64,000 nucleotides of DNA from Setoptus koraiensis (taxonomy: Eukaryota > Animalia > Arthropoda), in assembly GCA_048013815.1 (NCBI GenBank), contig CM106586.1:8990001-9054000 (forward strand). The letters are read 5' to 3'. Position 1 is the first letter of the stretch. Every line of letters starts with the position of its first letter. The position numbers and the translations under genes are program-made. Shown one piece after another: positions 1 to 15,200 of this stretch. The notes below the pieces were generated by a model that worked only from the letters and a program-made list of their open reading frames with translations, made no database searches and was not told the DNA's origin.

Positions 1-3000
1 GCTGAGCGCGAGCGGAGTGTTCTTTTCGTGCTCGCTTCATTCGCATTACGATGCGATATCACGAGTGGGGCCCGCTTGCATTCGGTGATGGTGTGAACTA
101 ACAAGCGCTCTCTAGACGGTGCTCAAACGGGTCGTTTCAGGAGCCGCAAGCAGACATTTTTTATTTTTCTGCCTTTGTTATCTTATTTTCTATCATTTTT
201 TCTATCAGTTTATATTCTATTTCATTTTATCCTCTCTTGTTTGTTGCAATGTGCTCATGGTGCGCTTGTCAGCCTGAATGCGAATCGGCGAATTACCGAC
301 AATGGTCGCACTTCACTAATTTGCAGCTGAAGCTTCGAGCGGCCCCCAAATAAACCGATGGTGGCCAGCCAGGCAGCTAGATAAACGGCGGGCAACGGAT
401 AAACAGAAATCCATCTATTGTATGCTCACAAGTGTGTGGAGTGCCCCATTGTTGGGTACCGCTACTTTTTAACTCGCGCAAACAACTCACAATAGCCGGC
501 CGCCGGGCCGGCTCAATGGCCTGTTTTCGAGTCGAGTCAGGCTGAGAGAATCCAAACAAGAGTCCGACTGAACAATTCCAATCTGCGATGGCCGCCGACG
601 GGCATAAAACACACGAGGGGAGCCGGGCCCGGCCTGCCCCCTCTCCCAACGCAGACAGTCTAGACATAACCGCCGTAATCGACTGTTATTTATTTTTTCT
701 CTCCCTCTGCCTCTCTTGTCTCGTTTGTCTTCTCCCCCTTGCCCGATTTCGGCTATTTCGCCCAGTTATTTAGCTATGGCGCTGCGGTCTGGCTGGCTAG
801 CTGGCTGGCTTGCTGTATAAATAGCGGCGGCCAGACAGCTAGATCAGCGCGCAAAGGCTCACACATATACACACAAGTGAATAATGAGTATCATCTCTTT
901 CTCTTTGTATTATTGCAAACTGTTATTTGGCAATGCGTCTATTTATGCATGCCTAGTGTCTGGAAATTACTGTTACGTATAGATAATGATCATAGCTTAT
1001 TTGAGCCAGATGTGATTGAAGCATCATTATCACGGGCACGCAGTGTATAATTAGTCGCAGCACACTGGTCTGACAAACGAAAATCAAACAAGGGGCTGTC
1101 TCGCTCGCCCGAAAACAAGAAAAAAAAAACTTATTACTCAAATTGGTGTTGCAGTCACCAATAAATGAGTGCCCTGCGACCATTCATCCACAATTGATCG
1201 ACAATCCTGGTGGCGAACAATTGAAACAAGTTGCTCTCTTACATAATAATAGCCCATACTGGTAGCTGGCCAAAGTGACCAACATTAACAATGGCGACAC
1301 CAGCCGGCAGGTTCGAGTGGACCGGCCTCGCTTGTAGGTGCTCATGTCATCAACGGGATAAATTTCGGGCTTCTCCAACTCTATTATCGGCCCCCGGTGC
1401 ACGCGTTTTCACGCGTTCCGGTGTGAGTAAAAATTGGTTCGGCTGCGCGAAAAATCAATTGAAAACTTTTTCCTTGCCCGTCCGGCCCGCAATTCGCCAG
1501 CTCGAAATGTCCCATTTTGAGCCCATGCAATAACCTGGCCAAAGAACTGAGTTCGAGCCGTTCGTCGAAAAAAAAAAAAAAACAAAACAAAGAAAAATAA
1601 ATACACTCTTTTTCGGGCCGCACTTACGGTAATACCGGCCAATAGCCAGCCATTAGTCGTGTCCTTGACCCGCCTTCATTTTGTCAGTCAAACTGTCAGA
1701 ACCTCATCAACTTGATCCGATAAACTCTGCCGTAGCAATCGAAATGGAGAGGCTGAGTTCTACTATTGGCTGATATATTGGCCGCAGTCCGTGCGGGCCA
1801 CTCTCGTTCAGGTCCATTAATCTAACGAGATTATTTGTGTATGTGCAGATTGAATAGATTTGCAAATTGTGACGTCGTTGCCAATAAGATGTTCGTAAGA
1901 GCCATTCCAACTTCAATCTCTGACTGCCACTGTAATGGTAATTTTGCTATGGTCACGTCGCCAGATACTCCAGTGCCACGGTCAACGTGCTCTCTCGTCT
2001 TGTAACTTGCAATAAAAGGTCAGATTAGCGAGGCCAGCAGAGGCTCGCTAGAAATCGGTGGAAACGAAAGGCACGAAAGCTAGTCAGCTTTTCAGCTCGG
2101 TAAATGGTCTATGGAGCATGGTGGAAAAACATAGTTTTTTACTTGAGTTTTCAAATGACCAGAGACCTATCGGTGCTGTGGGGCCCAATTAATGTGTTTA
2201 CGTAAGAAATTGTTATTAATCAGAGACTAAGAACACGATAAAGAGGAAAAAGGAACAAACAAAACACCTAATCTAATCACACGTGACAGTGTTAGCTGGT
2301 GATCAAATTTGTGCGCCTGTACAACATGGAGACGACTAATCATAGAGTACCAATAGGTACAGACACATCGACAGACTTGAGACCTCTGGCCAGACCGGCC
2401 ACCAGCACATATTGCGTAACCGTTACAATGGTCATTAGTAATCGTAGACTCTAGAAAAAGCTATCGTGTCTTTGGGAGATTTTTTTTTTCACAACGGGCA
2501 GCAGTTTTCGCAACGGGCAGCAGTTTGCGGGCAACGCCGCCGGGGTCAGATTCCAGCAGGGCCAAATGGTCAGTTTTTGGGTGCATCGGTGTGCAGTCAG
2601 TAATCTTATGTCTCGTATTTTGCTCAAATTATGCCCATAATTCCGATACTAATAAGCTCATGACTATTTTCTGCGATCACCTGAGCCTGGCCAACTTTCT
2701 TTTTTCGTTTTTTTTTTTTTTTTTATTCTGTTAGGAAGTAATTTCTGCGTTTATTTTATTTTATTGTGTCTGTGCGCCTGAGTGAAGGCTCAATTTCACA
2801 CACGCACGCATTAGATATTTCTAAATGGATATTTGGAGAAATTCGAGCTCAAGCGTGCGCGTCTCTTACGGAGTTTCTTCTTTTGATATATCTTATATGT
2901 TTTTTATATCTGCTTTTTGCAGACACATACAGAGCCCAGATATGAGCAAAAGATAAGAGATACAGACAGGGGGAGAGCGGCAGCAAATTCGATAAACAAC

Positions 3001-5885
3001 ACACAAACACACACACACACACGACTGACAAACATTTGAAGCGGCCGTGGCCCGAAAGGGGCGATTTGTGTGATTTTGGCCCGAACAAAACATACTCACA
3101 AGCGGCAGCAATTCAATTGACGAGACCAGAATGAAAATGAAAAAGTGAGCGAGCGAGCGAGAGCCGAAAAATAACCCGTCACAAGCCAACAAAGGCTAAT
3201 CTTTAACCAATGGCACCAGACACGACACGATGGGCCCCAAGGGCCGCTCGCGCCCGACACCCATCTCTGGCTTGGCATCTTGGATAGGTCGTCGTCGTTG
3301 GGCCGGGCCGTGTAAGGCGAGATATATTAGTTGTCCTGTGCTGGCTTGTCATAGCTGCTCAGATGGCGCCAAGACAGTTGACTCGACTAAATCCCATTTG
3401 CGAGTATATATTGTGTGTCGTTGTGCTCAAACGGTGCCAGGCAAGCTGGTTGCACCGTTTGAGACAAGTCGACTTCTTTGTTTCATCGAAAGCAATTTAA
3501 TCCAATTCGTTGAGTCGCCTAACTCAATTGCGATCCCCGACACTATCGTTGCACACACCTCTCAGACTGTCGAACAAATTTTATTGCGCCCAATTTATTA
3601 TTCTTATCCTCTCCCCTTCTCTCATTTCTTCTATTTCTCTCGCTTCTTTCATTTCTTATTTTTCAAGCAAATAGAGGGTCGCAATATTGATACCTTTCGC
3701 CTGCCATACACACACGCGCACACTATCATGGCACCCCTGCCATTGACTCTGCTCTGACAGAATTTCTGGGCAGACGCGCCACCAGCTGACGTCTTCGTCA
3801 GGATAATGCGAGCAGAAACACGATGCTCTATGGCATAAATGTAGCTTTTAATGACCTCGATACGCAGTCCCCACTGAGAAAAAATTGATCCGTCCCTAGA
3901 CAATGTTCACACGAGGCCAGAGAGACTGTTGGATTATCTCTGGCCTGGGCTCTGCGGTAGTTGACACGACAGTGTCGACATGCCCACTAATTGTTGTCGA
4001 AGTAAAAATTCCAGCGAATTTTCTCTTGAAAAACAATCCACCACTGACGGAAAAATCCTTCTAGACTCCCGTTTAGCTCTCGCCTGCAAGTGTGTAATGG
4101 CCCCAAGAGGCCCGCGCTCATAAACTTTATCCATTTGCATCTAGCCTAATATAATATTCCGAGATATGTGTGTTTCCAAATTCCCTTCTCTGTGAAAAAA
4201 GATATTTTTGGGGCCAAATGAAGCGAAAGAAGTGAGGCTATGTAAAATATCTGAGAGAACAATCGTAATAATTTATTCGATCGTGCCTCTATTAGAAGTG
4301 TACCAGTGCAGAGCATACGAAGGAGAGAAATCATCACAACAGTTATTGTGGCAACTGCGAATGGCAAAAATGGTTTAAACTCGAAAAAGTATAACTTGCA
4401 AACAGATACGCAGACAAATATGCAGATACAAGTTTTGAGATGGATTCATGATTCACATGCAGTAGATCTCGCACTATTCATCATTACTTGTAACAAATTG
4501 GCCATGCTAGAACGTGCTCATGTTTTGTATTATTTCCATCTAAATTGCAAATAGTTGCTTCATGAATCCTTCCGAAAATCTGTCTGACTTGTCCGGCCAA
4601 AAAGATTTTCACTCCTTCTCTAAGTAAAATAAGCAAATTCAATTCTTTATTCAATTGTTTGCACGAGTATTTTTGTTTGCATTTCAAACAACAACTTACA
4701 ACAGCTTGCCTAAGGGAGGGGCAGGCGAGGCGCCAGTCAGCAACATGCCTCATTTTTGCCTCACACGACTGATCGTTGAAAAACTCAGGAATTCGCTTTT
4801 TGAGTCAAATCCAAAGCCATCTTGGGAACTGTTCGTTTCTAGGCCGAAATAATCAATGATACTAGTTTTCGGAGGATGAAAACCCAAAAAAGAGCCTCAA
4901 TCGAATGAAGTCTTTTGATTTTCAGCCGCAAAGAAGAACCGAAATGGAAAAAAGTGTTTTTCCACATGGAGATGAGCAATGGGCGCCTTTGCGTGAGCGA
5001 AAACCTAACTCCGAACGTCCATAGGCCTTGACAACATCTCTATTACGGTCCCTAGTGCGGTTAGGAGACGAAAAAAAGCCAAAAAGACCCGAAAACAGTC
5101 GAATTTTTGCGACTCGACATTTATTTCGAGAAAATGCCAACTGATAACAAGGCTCGTATATTTTTCGGGTTGCACAAAACAACTCGCAAACATGTTATCG
5201 GGTGATTTACTTTTGCTGATGGCTGCGAAACACATTTGGCAGGAAATCCTTTTGCTGGCCTGATGTGCTTAGTCGTCTGACACGTCAAAATGTAATCCTA
5301 CTTGATGTGTACAACATAATTATTATGTATAACATTTTCACCGGATCAGTCGCAACGTCGCTGCTTATTATGCCATCAATTCTTTTCTTTCTCGTTCTTT
5401 TTCTATTTTAAATAGATTTGCAGAATAACAAATAGGTGAATCTCTCGGCTTAGACATTAGCATTCACCAATATTTACTGAGTCGGTCTTCGGGGGAAATA
5501 ATTCGCATTATCCAGGCGATCATGTGGCACACGTGAAGCCTTTTCTCCTTCTCTAATTGTTTCCATTTCTGTATACATAATGGTGTTTGCATATCGGGTA
5601 ATGTTATGCGTGTTGCGTTGCGTATTCGCGCAACACCGTTAATAGCGTCACAAGGTCAACACTAACTGAACTAATAAGTGAAATTTACATATATCTATGA
5701 ATACATAAATCATCCGATGGCAGCGGCAGCAGCAGCAGATCCGCTAAATCGGCGAGACTCGGCGCAATGGTCGGCACAAGGTAAGAACGGTATATAGGGA
5801 ATTTTTGGCCGGTGCCGCCGATATTACCTTGTGACTTTCTTTTTAACGCACGCACCCCAATGTTATGAATATTCAACCAGGCGTC

Positions 5886-5951
5886 TATATATATATATAT
5901 ATATTTTTTTTTTGTATATATATATATATATATATTGGTATATATATATAT
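5886..5951. repeat. (TA)n microsatellite, interrupted by a poly-T run
   Basis: Directly visible TA dinucleotide runs. Confidence 0.95.
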
Positions 5952-8900
5952 GCTGGCGCGCATTAGTCAATATTGTGTCACAATTGTCTTTTGCGTCACC
6001 CGAGCCGGATCATCGCCACCGGCAACGGGTTCAATTTTGTGCGGCGCCCATCAGCAGCACGAAGGACACCGTCTAATTGGAATATCAATTACCTGGCCCG
6101 ATTACGCAGGTTTGCGCTCGATAATGCAAATTTGGCCTCCTTTACTGTCGCCTCTACCACACTGTGTATCACTGTGTATTTAGGCATGTTTTTGTGCGCG
6201 TCAGCAGCGTTTAACGTTACGCCGAATTCCGCACAATTCGGAGGAAGTGTTTACTTTCTGGCCCGCAATCCGGATGTTTATGATTTTTAATGAATTTGTG
6301 CGTTGTCGCCGCGCGTTTACCGTTATTAATTCCTCTCATGAACAAATGCACACTTCCGTGGATGGAGCCTCGATCTAGTCGTAGCCGGCTGGCCTGAAGC
6401 GCCTGAAAATACCTCGCCAACGCCCCTGTATTAAGTTGTTCGCTCAAATCGAGTCCGGGCCGATCAACGGTTGGCCGCAAAAGCCAGCACACACACACCT
6501 AATTTATACATTAATCTAGAGGCCCGTGGGTAATCCAGAGCCCGGTGGGTAAGCTAGAGGCTGGTTGGCGAGCGCACCAGCGCAATGAGCGACCGTTTCA
6601 GCGCCAAAAACCCGGCACAGCGCGGCCTCCACGGATTATCCCCCGTTTTCGCTTGATCTGTAATCGCGTAGACGCTTGCCCGTGGGCCCCGCACAATTAT
6701 GCCTGACGAGCGGCCTATGCAAACATTGCTCACTTATCATATCGTATCACATCACATCAAAATAGCAACCTATTAAGTGGGCCAGCCAGCCAGCCAGCCA
6801 AGGCCAATCTAGGCGCTCTGTCTGGCGGCCGGCTGTGTCTGGCGCTACACTTATACATAATGAAATATGAGCGAGTTGAGGGGCATAAATCTGTGTTCTG
6901 GCGTTCGCGCAACTGCCGCCACAACTAGCCCGCAACTACACCTACTGGTCGTGTTTTCGGAGGTCATTTTATTGTTGTTGCTGTTGCTGCTGTTGTTGTT
7001 TTTGTTGTTGTCGCTGGCGTTGTCGTTGTCGTTGCGACGCGCAGATAATTAGGACGGCGAGCGGTTTGGCGAGGCGCTTGCGTCGACGCGCCACATGTTA
7101 ATATCTGGCTCATATTTATATTCCAATTGGCGATAGCCCGAAACGGCCCGACACAGCCCGAAACGGTATGAAACGGCCCGAAACTGCCCGAAACTGCCTG
7201 CGACAGCCGGACCGCCCGGCCGCTCTTTGTTTCGGGCCGCGTCTGGCGTCGTCTTTATTGTCGCACTCTCATTATCTCGGGGCCCACATTGCACATATTG
7301 CCGCTTTTGTGTGCGTCTGGTCGCTTTCGCATTTTCTTTTTTCGTGTCTGCTGCTCGTTTCGCGCGTATTTCCTCTCTCTCTCTCTTTTTCGTCGTCGCG
7401 GTGGTTTTATTTATTCCTGGCTCGTAGTTTCTCTGTTACAAGAGCAGACTGGCGACGACGACAAATAAATCGACAACTTTCGTTGTTTGTTATACGTGCA
7501 CGTCTGGCCGGCCGACTAGCCGGGCGAGCGCCATTTATTGCGCGCGAATCTCGAGCTGGGCCCAACGAGTCGTGTTGGCAACGAGCGCCACTCATGAATA
7601 TAATGGAAAATATTTCTAAACTGGCAATGCGGGCCCCGCTGGCAAGCCCGTTATTAGCTGACAGCGGGCCGGCTGTCAATTATCGGCGCCACGAGCCAAT
7701 TGGAAAAGCATGTGTGTGAGTGCGTGTGTCGCTAAGTAGCATTCAATGCGCCACTATTCACCAGAATGGGCCTCTCACCCGTGGCCGGCCAACGCCAAAT
7801 CTGGGGCCGCTTGTTTGCTCGGTCAGCTTTATCGGTCTGTTCCATATCTGTTCCATATCTGCTCCATATCTGCGCGCCGGCAATTGTTTGACGCTTCGGA
7901 CAATCACTGTCGCCGGAATATCCCAAGTTGCGGGCCCCAGCCCGAAATGGATCCATTTGCAGCGGCAATATGAGCGGTGGCGGCGGCGGCAAGGGGCCTC
8001 CCCACTGCGAGCTGGCCGGGCGCGTTTCCACTTCACTCCACTATTTTCTAATGCACACTATCATATATATTAATGATGATAATAAACGGCGACGACAAAC
8101 ATTGCATGCGAGGGGAGCGGGCGAGGGAGATGCTGCAATTATTGCCATGACTACTACTTTTGTGTATACGCTTCTCGTATCAATGTAATAAGTGTTATCG
8201 TGTTGTGTTATTCGTGCCTCTCATGTTGCCTCTTGTCGCGCCGCTTATCTCATTTCCCCCCCCCCGTGCGCTGCCGTTTCTACTGATTTCTCTGGCCCAT
8301 TGGAGCCCATCGGAGCCCGTCAGCGCCCGTGCCAGTCCGCGGGAGCCCCGCGAGAGCGCAAAGCGAGCGAGCCGGGGCCGCCCGGGAGTTGGCGAGAGCC
8401 GGGCTCACCTAGGGTCCCGGGCATTGGCCACTTGATACGGGTCCGGCGCTGATGAGTGCGCGCGCGTGTGCTCACCATCACGCTGGCTCGATCGGTCACG
8501 AATCATCATGTTTTCGGCGCCCGTGTCGGGGCCCGCTTCTTCGCAAGCCGTATCAATGCGATACGCGCCGCTAGTCGCCGTCTCGCCGCCCAGCCGAGCC
8601 GCGCCGCGCCGAAACAAAGGGGCCGCGGCGCGCCAGTTATAAAAAACAAAACGCGCATCGAAACAGACACTGACTGATGATTGTTTTCGGGCGCCATTAT
8701 TCCCGGCTCGGCGGCGGCTCATTTCGGCCGGCTCGGCGGCTCATTCCGGCCCGCGAGCAGCCGCTCATTTCGCGAGCCAGTTGGGATATTGTGCAGCGCG
8801 GCGGCCTGCTCATTTTGGCCCAACAACCAGGCTGCTCATTTCGAGGCTCGTTTACCCGGCAGCCCAATTGTGTAGCCGGCCCATTTTGCAGCCGGCCAGA

Positions 8901-9183
8901 CAATTGCCGGCCAGACGCCGGTCTTGGTGGGGGCGCCAGCGGAGGCCCGTGGCTGTCGCCATGGTGGGGCCGCGGCGCAGCGACACAAAGAGAGCGTCGC
9001 AAGAAGGAGCGCGCAGCGAATAAAGAGAGGCCGCGAGAGGCAACGATATGGCAGAAGGGGGCCAAAAATAATAATAATAATAATAATGAAAAAATACTAT
9101 TGTTAACGACGTCAACTGCAACAAACAAACCGCTCGGGCGCTTTGTCGTCGCTTGTTAGCTTCCTCCGGGCCCCCGCAACGGC

Positions 9184-9291
9184 CAGCCATTGAGCGGGCC
9201 GGCCGGACAGCCATTGAGCGGGCCGGCCGGACAGCCATTGAGCGGGCCGGCCGGACAGCCATTGAGCGGGCCGGCCGGACAGCCATTGAGT
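9184..9291. repeat. 24-bp tandem repeat, 4.5 copies (CAGCCATTGAGCGGGCCGGCCGGA)
   Basis: Identical units at 9184, 9208, 9232 and 9256, plus a partial unit at 9280. Confidence 0.95.
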
Positions 9292-10320
9292 CGGCTGGCC
9301 AGCGCACTGTTTGACAACAAACGCTTTACACAAACAACGGTGCCTAGCCAAGCGGACACAATTGCGTCGCTATGATAATGCCGCGCCAGGGCGGCACGGG
9401 CTCGAGCGGCGTCCGCATCTCGTGCCCGGCGCGTCATTCTTTTGCTCGCTACTTCCTTTGGGCGCCGATTGTCTTGCCACTGCTCAGTCATTCCTGCCAC
9501 TGGCAGCACTTTCTTCAACCCTTTCGCGGGCCCCCCGAAGGGGCCTATATGGCTCATATGTCCGTCTGCTATCAGCAAACAGGCTTGTGTGTTTGTTTTT
9601 CCTGTTCGGCTTGTCTCTTTTTCTGGGCCCGCTTTTTCTCGGGCCCGCTGTTGGCCGGCTTCTGAGCCGTGCTTTCTATCGGATTTTCGCAGGCCGCACC
9701 ACTTCTCTTGGCCGGCGTACATGATTTTTGTTGCATGATACAACAAAACAACAACACACACACAGCTGACGCAACAATAATCGAGCTAAAAAACCGGAGC
9801 GCGCACGTTTGGCCAGCTCGCTGGGGGCCCGGTTGCGCCCCGGTTGCACTGGCGGTGCCACTGGCGCAAACAGCGGCCAGTTGGCCAGATTGACCGATCG
9901 CATCGGGCACGTGTAGGTGCAATAATAATACATTTATTCAAAGGGCGAGTGGGGTGGGCCCGAGCCGAGCCAACAATATTAACAAATAGACCAACAAACC
10001 GACCAGATTGGGCGCCATCATCAGCAACAAACTTTCAGAGGCCAATCGCGCCAACAACGCCGCCAACAACGGCGTCAACAACAATGGCAGCAACAATGAA
10101 ATCGGCCATAATCAGCTTTGTTTGTTGTTGTTGTTGTTGTTGGCATGCGGAGGAGCCGCGAGGAGCCCCGATGGCCGTTTCTTCCGCGCTCGTACCCACG
10201 AGCGCGGAGCCCGAGCCAACTAGCGGTAGTTAATCGAATGCAAAGAATTGAACCGAGACGCCGAGCGGCTCGCCGTCCAGCTAGCAGCCATCTAGGCACG
10301 CTCGCCGTCCAGCGGGCCGC

Positions 10321-10368
10321 TTGCATCGGTGTTTGCATCGGTGTTTGCATCGGTGTTTGTATCGATGT
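10321..10368. repeat. 12-bp tandem repeat (TTGCATCGGTGT), ~4 copies
   Basis: Directly visible; last copy degenerate. Confidence 0.85.
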
Positions 10369-12149
10369 CTGGCTGGCTGGCTGGCTGGCTGGCCGGCCGC
10401 GTGCCGCTCCGCGCCCGGATCGGCGGCAGTCGAGCTCATCAGTTATTTCTACTCCACTGGCCCCACTGGCCCCACTGACCGACACTCGCCAAACAGCCAG
10501 CCAGAAAGGCCGACAGTCAGCCCGACCGACAGTCGGCCCGACAGTCAGCGAGGCCACCAGTCAGACACAGGACAGGTGCCGTTAGTCATGTGTGCTCTAG
10601 CTTGCCAACAATCGCGATTATGTTTGTATTGCCACACACACACACACACACAAACGTAAAACGTACTTTGTTGTTACGTAATACGTGTAACACGTTCGGA
10701 TAAATTTTTATCTTTATTTATCTCTCTCTCTCTAGATCAGTGTGCGTGTGTTCATTGTCATTTTGAGTGTGCTACCCAATCACGTTGGCCTGGCGCGTTG
10801 GCCAATGGGGCCCCCGAAATTCAGCACAGGCACAATGGGGCACCGCAATTATTGGCGGTACGTTTTGTTACACTGCTGGCTTGTTTGTCGACCGTACTGT
10901 CATTGTTGGTTTTGTCACAAAACATTTGTGTGGCCGTTGTGCCAAGCGTTATCAAGTCGCTTGGAAAATGGCTCATTTGATTTTGATGCTATCAAGTGTT
11001 TCGTTTTTTGTTTCCAATTTTTGCGTCCCTCTCTCAAATTTCTCCTTTAGCCGCTAGAGTGTAGCGCCACTCGTTGGTATTTGTGGCAGCACTTCTGGCC
11101 GGCCACAAATAATATTTGACAAATACCAACGAAACGCCAGCGCTCGCAAACAGCGGCCCCATAAGTGTTCGAGTGTCTGGCCACTGGCCAATGTAACGGC
11201 GTGAGAAATTAAATTGCGGCCAATTGCGGCCAGTGCCGAGCCAATTATTTATGCTGTTCGTTTGGGCTGCCTTTTGAGATAATCGCTCAATCGAGCTCGA
11301 TAATAACAATAATTTGTTGTTGTTGTTGTCGTTTTGCGAAGGCTCACCAGTGACACTGGCAGTATATAGCTAGTGCATCACAATTATATAACTAGTGTGT
11401 CACAATCATATAACTATTGGGCTCACTAGTATATAACAAGCGCGTATGGTCGGCGGGCAAGGGTCATTATTGGATCATTTGCTGCCAACACGAAGCCATT
11501 TGTGAGTGCTCTAAAGTCGTGTGCCCGCGCGAGAAGATAATTGGCCACTCGTTGTAAGTTCGGTCACTGGCCGCCAGGTAGACCATTGGGACATTTGTCG
11601 TGAAGCTCCACGGCACACTCCAAATCCAGCCTCGGATATCCAGCGACGGTTTATCCGTGTGTTGATTTGCGCGGATATACGTGGCAAACATCGACGGATA
11701 TGGAGCCGTGGTGAGCATCCTCGGTACCGTGTCACGTCAGCGTGTTTCACGAGAGGGGTGGCTGCCCTCTGTAGAGGAAAAGGTGAATCAACTTGTGACA
11801 ACCACAAAATCGCCCCAAAATTGAAGAGGCACTAAAATGGGAAACCTCTCAAAAAATCAGCTGAGAACAGGTGAACATTGGGGCGCGATGCAATCGCCCC
11901 AAACAAACGCTATTCCATTGTCTAGTTCGCGAACATTGTTGCAACGTTGTGCGTGTGTGCCGATTGGAACATGGTGTTTACACAAAGCTGGCTGGTGCTT
12001 GGCCTCTCGCCAAGTTGTTCAGATGGCGCCAGTGGGCATAACAATGGGGCCCGGCGCGCGAAGGTCGCAGCAGCGTTGATTATCCGCGAGCATTCGATGT
12101 TATTGTTGTTGCGCGTATTACATATGAGCTGCTGCATTGGTAACAATAT

Positions 12150-12153
<4 letters not shown>

Positions 12154-12213
<60 letters not shown>

Positions 12214-12230
12214 CACACACACACACGCAC
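12154..12230. repeat. (CA)n microsatellite
   Basis: Directly visible. Confidence 0.97.
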
Positions 12231-15200
12231 GAGCACGGCTCGCCATTATTAAATGGCGGCGGCCGGGCCGATCGCACGGGCAAAAGTAATCTATCAAAAA
12301 CACTTGTGCTGGTCGGCGGGCCGCCAATTTACCTGGCCACTGTTGCCGTCGTCGGGTTGCCGTCGTCGGGTGCCGTCGGTGTGTTCGGGCGCCACGCACC
12401 GACAGCGGCAGCGCCACTGGCGAGCCGGGTATCATTAATGGTCTGCTTGTAGATAAGGTATTAAGTGGCAAATGGAGCGCAAATTGGCTGGCCAGTTGAA
12501 TTTAACCCGCGCTCACCTTGCGCCGCGCCGCACCGCACCGCTGATTATGGCGCCCGCCAAATGCACAAATGCCCAAATGCCCGAACGCTGGCCGCTCAAA
12601 TTTGTGGCGGCACTGAGCCGCCGACTGAGAGTCCGCGGGCCCAACTTAATCTCCGGCCCGCGCGGGCAGCTCGGCCGGCTTGACAGTCGAGTAGGTTTGC
12701 AAGTGGCGGGCATGGCGTGAACTGGTGTCGTTATGTGTGTGTGTGTGTGTGTGCCAGAGTATATTCATTTGCGAACGAGTGTGTTGGCGAGTCGCGTAAT
12801 AGGTTCCATCTATGGTCATTAGATTGCAACAAGGCCCCGCCGGATCTAATGATTGCCGGCCAGTGGGTCGGTCGGCGGGCCACTGTGCGCCGCCGCTCAG
12901 TGACAGCGGCGGGCCCGCATAGGTCGGGCTTCATTGCGCGCCCATTGGCTCTCATGAAATAATCAAAGTGGCTTAGCGGCGACCGGCGCCGCACCTAAAC
13001 AACGCCGACTGGCCCACTGGCGGCCAGTGGAGCAGTGGGGCCCCTGTCGCAGTGGCAAGCAAGCGCAGTGGTCGCAAAGCAAGATTTGCATTTATATTCC
13101 GATAAAGTGGATCAACTTTTGGCGAGCCCATCGAGATCATTGTTGCCGGCTCGGATAAAGCGGCGCCCGGCGCCAGCGGGGCCCCGATCGCAATTCATGG
13201 CTCGCGGTCCGAGGCTCGCGATTCGCAGCCTCCATTCATGGCTCGAGATGATGATTATTACTATAACAGCTAATGATCTGATTATATTAGCCGACCATTT
13301 AACGGGCGCCAGCTTCATGCGACCACGCAACGGGATGAGTTATGTCGAGCGAATGGATAAGACATCCCAGGATACAGTTACACAGAGAGAGAGAGAAGCC
13401 TTACTGGCCTCAATGCGATGGCCTCAATGGAATGGCGAGCTGCGCGAGCAAACAACGGCAACACAATGTGATTAATTGTGCGATGCCAATAGCCGGCCAA
13501 CACAACAGTGAAAAACATTGCTAATTGATTACTTCTAGTACTTTAACAAGCACACTATCCCCTCTATCATTGTTGGCCTATTTGTTGTTGTGTTGGCGTA
13601 GTTATTGTGTTTGTGCTGTCACCAGCAATGACGATCAACCATTTATCATCATGTAACACATCATGTTACGCAATAACCGATGAAAATGTCGATGAAAATA
13701 ATCATTTTGCCACTGCCGATAATTATCGCCATCTCTCGGATTGGCTCGATAAAACGAGCCGTACCCAACCCAAATACACACGCTCCAGTTATTTTGCCCA
13801 ACACGCCCCCTACATCCATCATAATCCGCTCCATGCATCGGCGGTGTCCGCGCCCAACTGTGACGGTAAACAGTTTTATAAATACACACACCAGTTAACA
13901 GTTACACCGCCAGTCGCATACATTATTATATTATTAGGTAATACATGACTGGTGCATAAAACACTCGGCTAAATCAGACACGCCGACACAATGTCAGCGC
14001 AAATAATGTGAACAAAAAAAAAAAATAATTTCCTTGGTATCTGGCCAGCGATCGTGGTCATCGCCAGCAGCGCCGCCAGCACCCTGTGCAATTCTAAACT
14101 TATCCGCGATAATGTGCGATTATCTAATCTCATCTAATGATTATGTCATACACGCGGTTAGCTTGTTAGCGCGTAACTTGATATAGCGAGAGGCGGCTCT
14201 CGCTTTTCCGACATCATTAACACTAACAACAAGCCAATGTTGTTGATAGGTAGTGGTAATTAGCGGCGCTACCGGCCCGATTGAATCCCGTTCGAGCTGT
14301 TCATTAACAAGCCGTGTTGCGGCACAACGAACATTGCCCACAAATGTCCCACAAATACCCCGCCGCATACGCGCACGGGCCCTATATCGGCGGCCCCCCA
14401 CAAATAGCCGCCGATTAAATAGCCGAGCACCGGATACCTTCACCAATTTGCTAGTCGCGTTAGTGCGCGGATATATATTTACGACAATATTTTGCAACGG
14501 ATATTTGGTCGGTTGCTTTATTTATCCGTTGCATATTTTGGGTACATTGTCTGGCTAAATATAGTTCATAACGACCGTATTGGAACGGGTAGCGCCGCCC
14601 TATCCAATATCGTGCCAGTTCATGGATACGGTATATGTAAATAAAGTGACGGTATAAATAAAAATTGCAAGATTTCTGGCGCGCGCACTCACACAATGTG
14701 AGTCACATTGTTGCCTAATTGCGTCTTGGGTGCCACTACGATTACGTAATAGTCGTTATGGCAATGATAAATTGATGACGTGTGTACATCGGATGGGCGC
14801 AGTGATTAGTGCGGGCCGGCGCTCGAATTTGCATATACTGTTTTGACTTGATAATATTAGTAATATTAGGTTCGCATCTGTGCTGCCTTGAGACTGTCAA
14901 GTTGAGAGGATTTTGAATAAAATTTACGGATTATCACTGATGACAATGGCACACACACGCACAAAATAAACTCTCACACTGGCTGCCGGCTGATGTAATC
15001 AAGTGGCAAGACTTACGTAAATAGTACAAGTAGAGCTCACTGGGCGTGTGGCGCTCATAAATACACATATACATTTATCGTATACGTTGTAGAATGAGAT
15101 CGCATGGAAAATATCATATCAAACGGATTAGACAGACGAGGCGCAGACCGTGTTTTGAGACTGTCCAGATAATCTGATTTCATCGTGTTTCCAAACACCC

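Noticed and set aside
9184-9291. Possible CRISPR-like array (also considered for 38815-38938)
   Set aside because: Repeats are head-to-tail with no unique spacers, there are no cas genes, and the context is eukaryotic.
14486-14540. Hairpin TGCAACGGATA...TATCCGTTGCA as a possible pre-miRNA
   Set aside because: Only 11 bp pair cleanly, and it matches no conserved miRNA I recognise.
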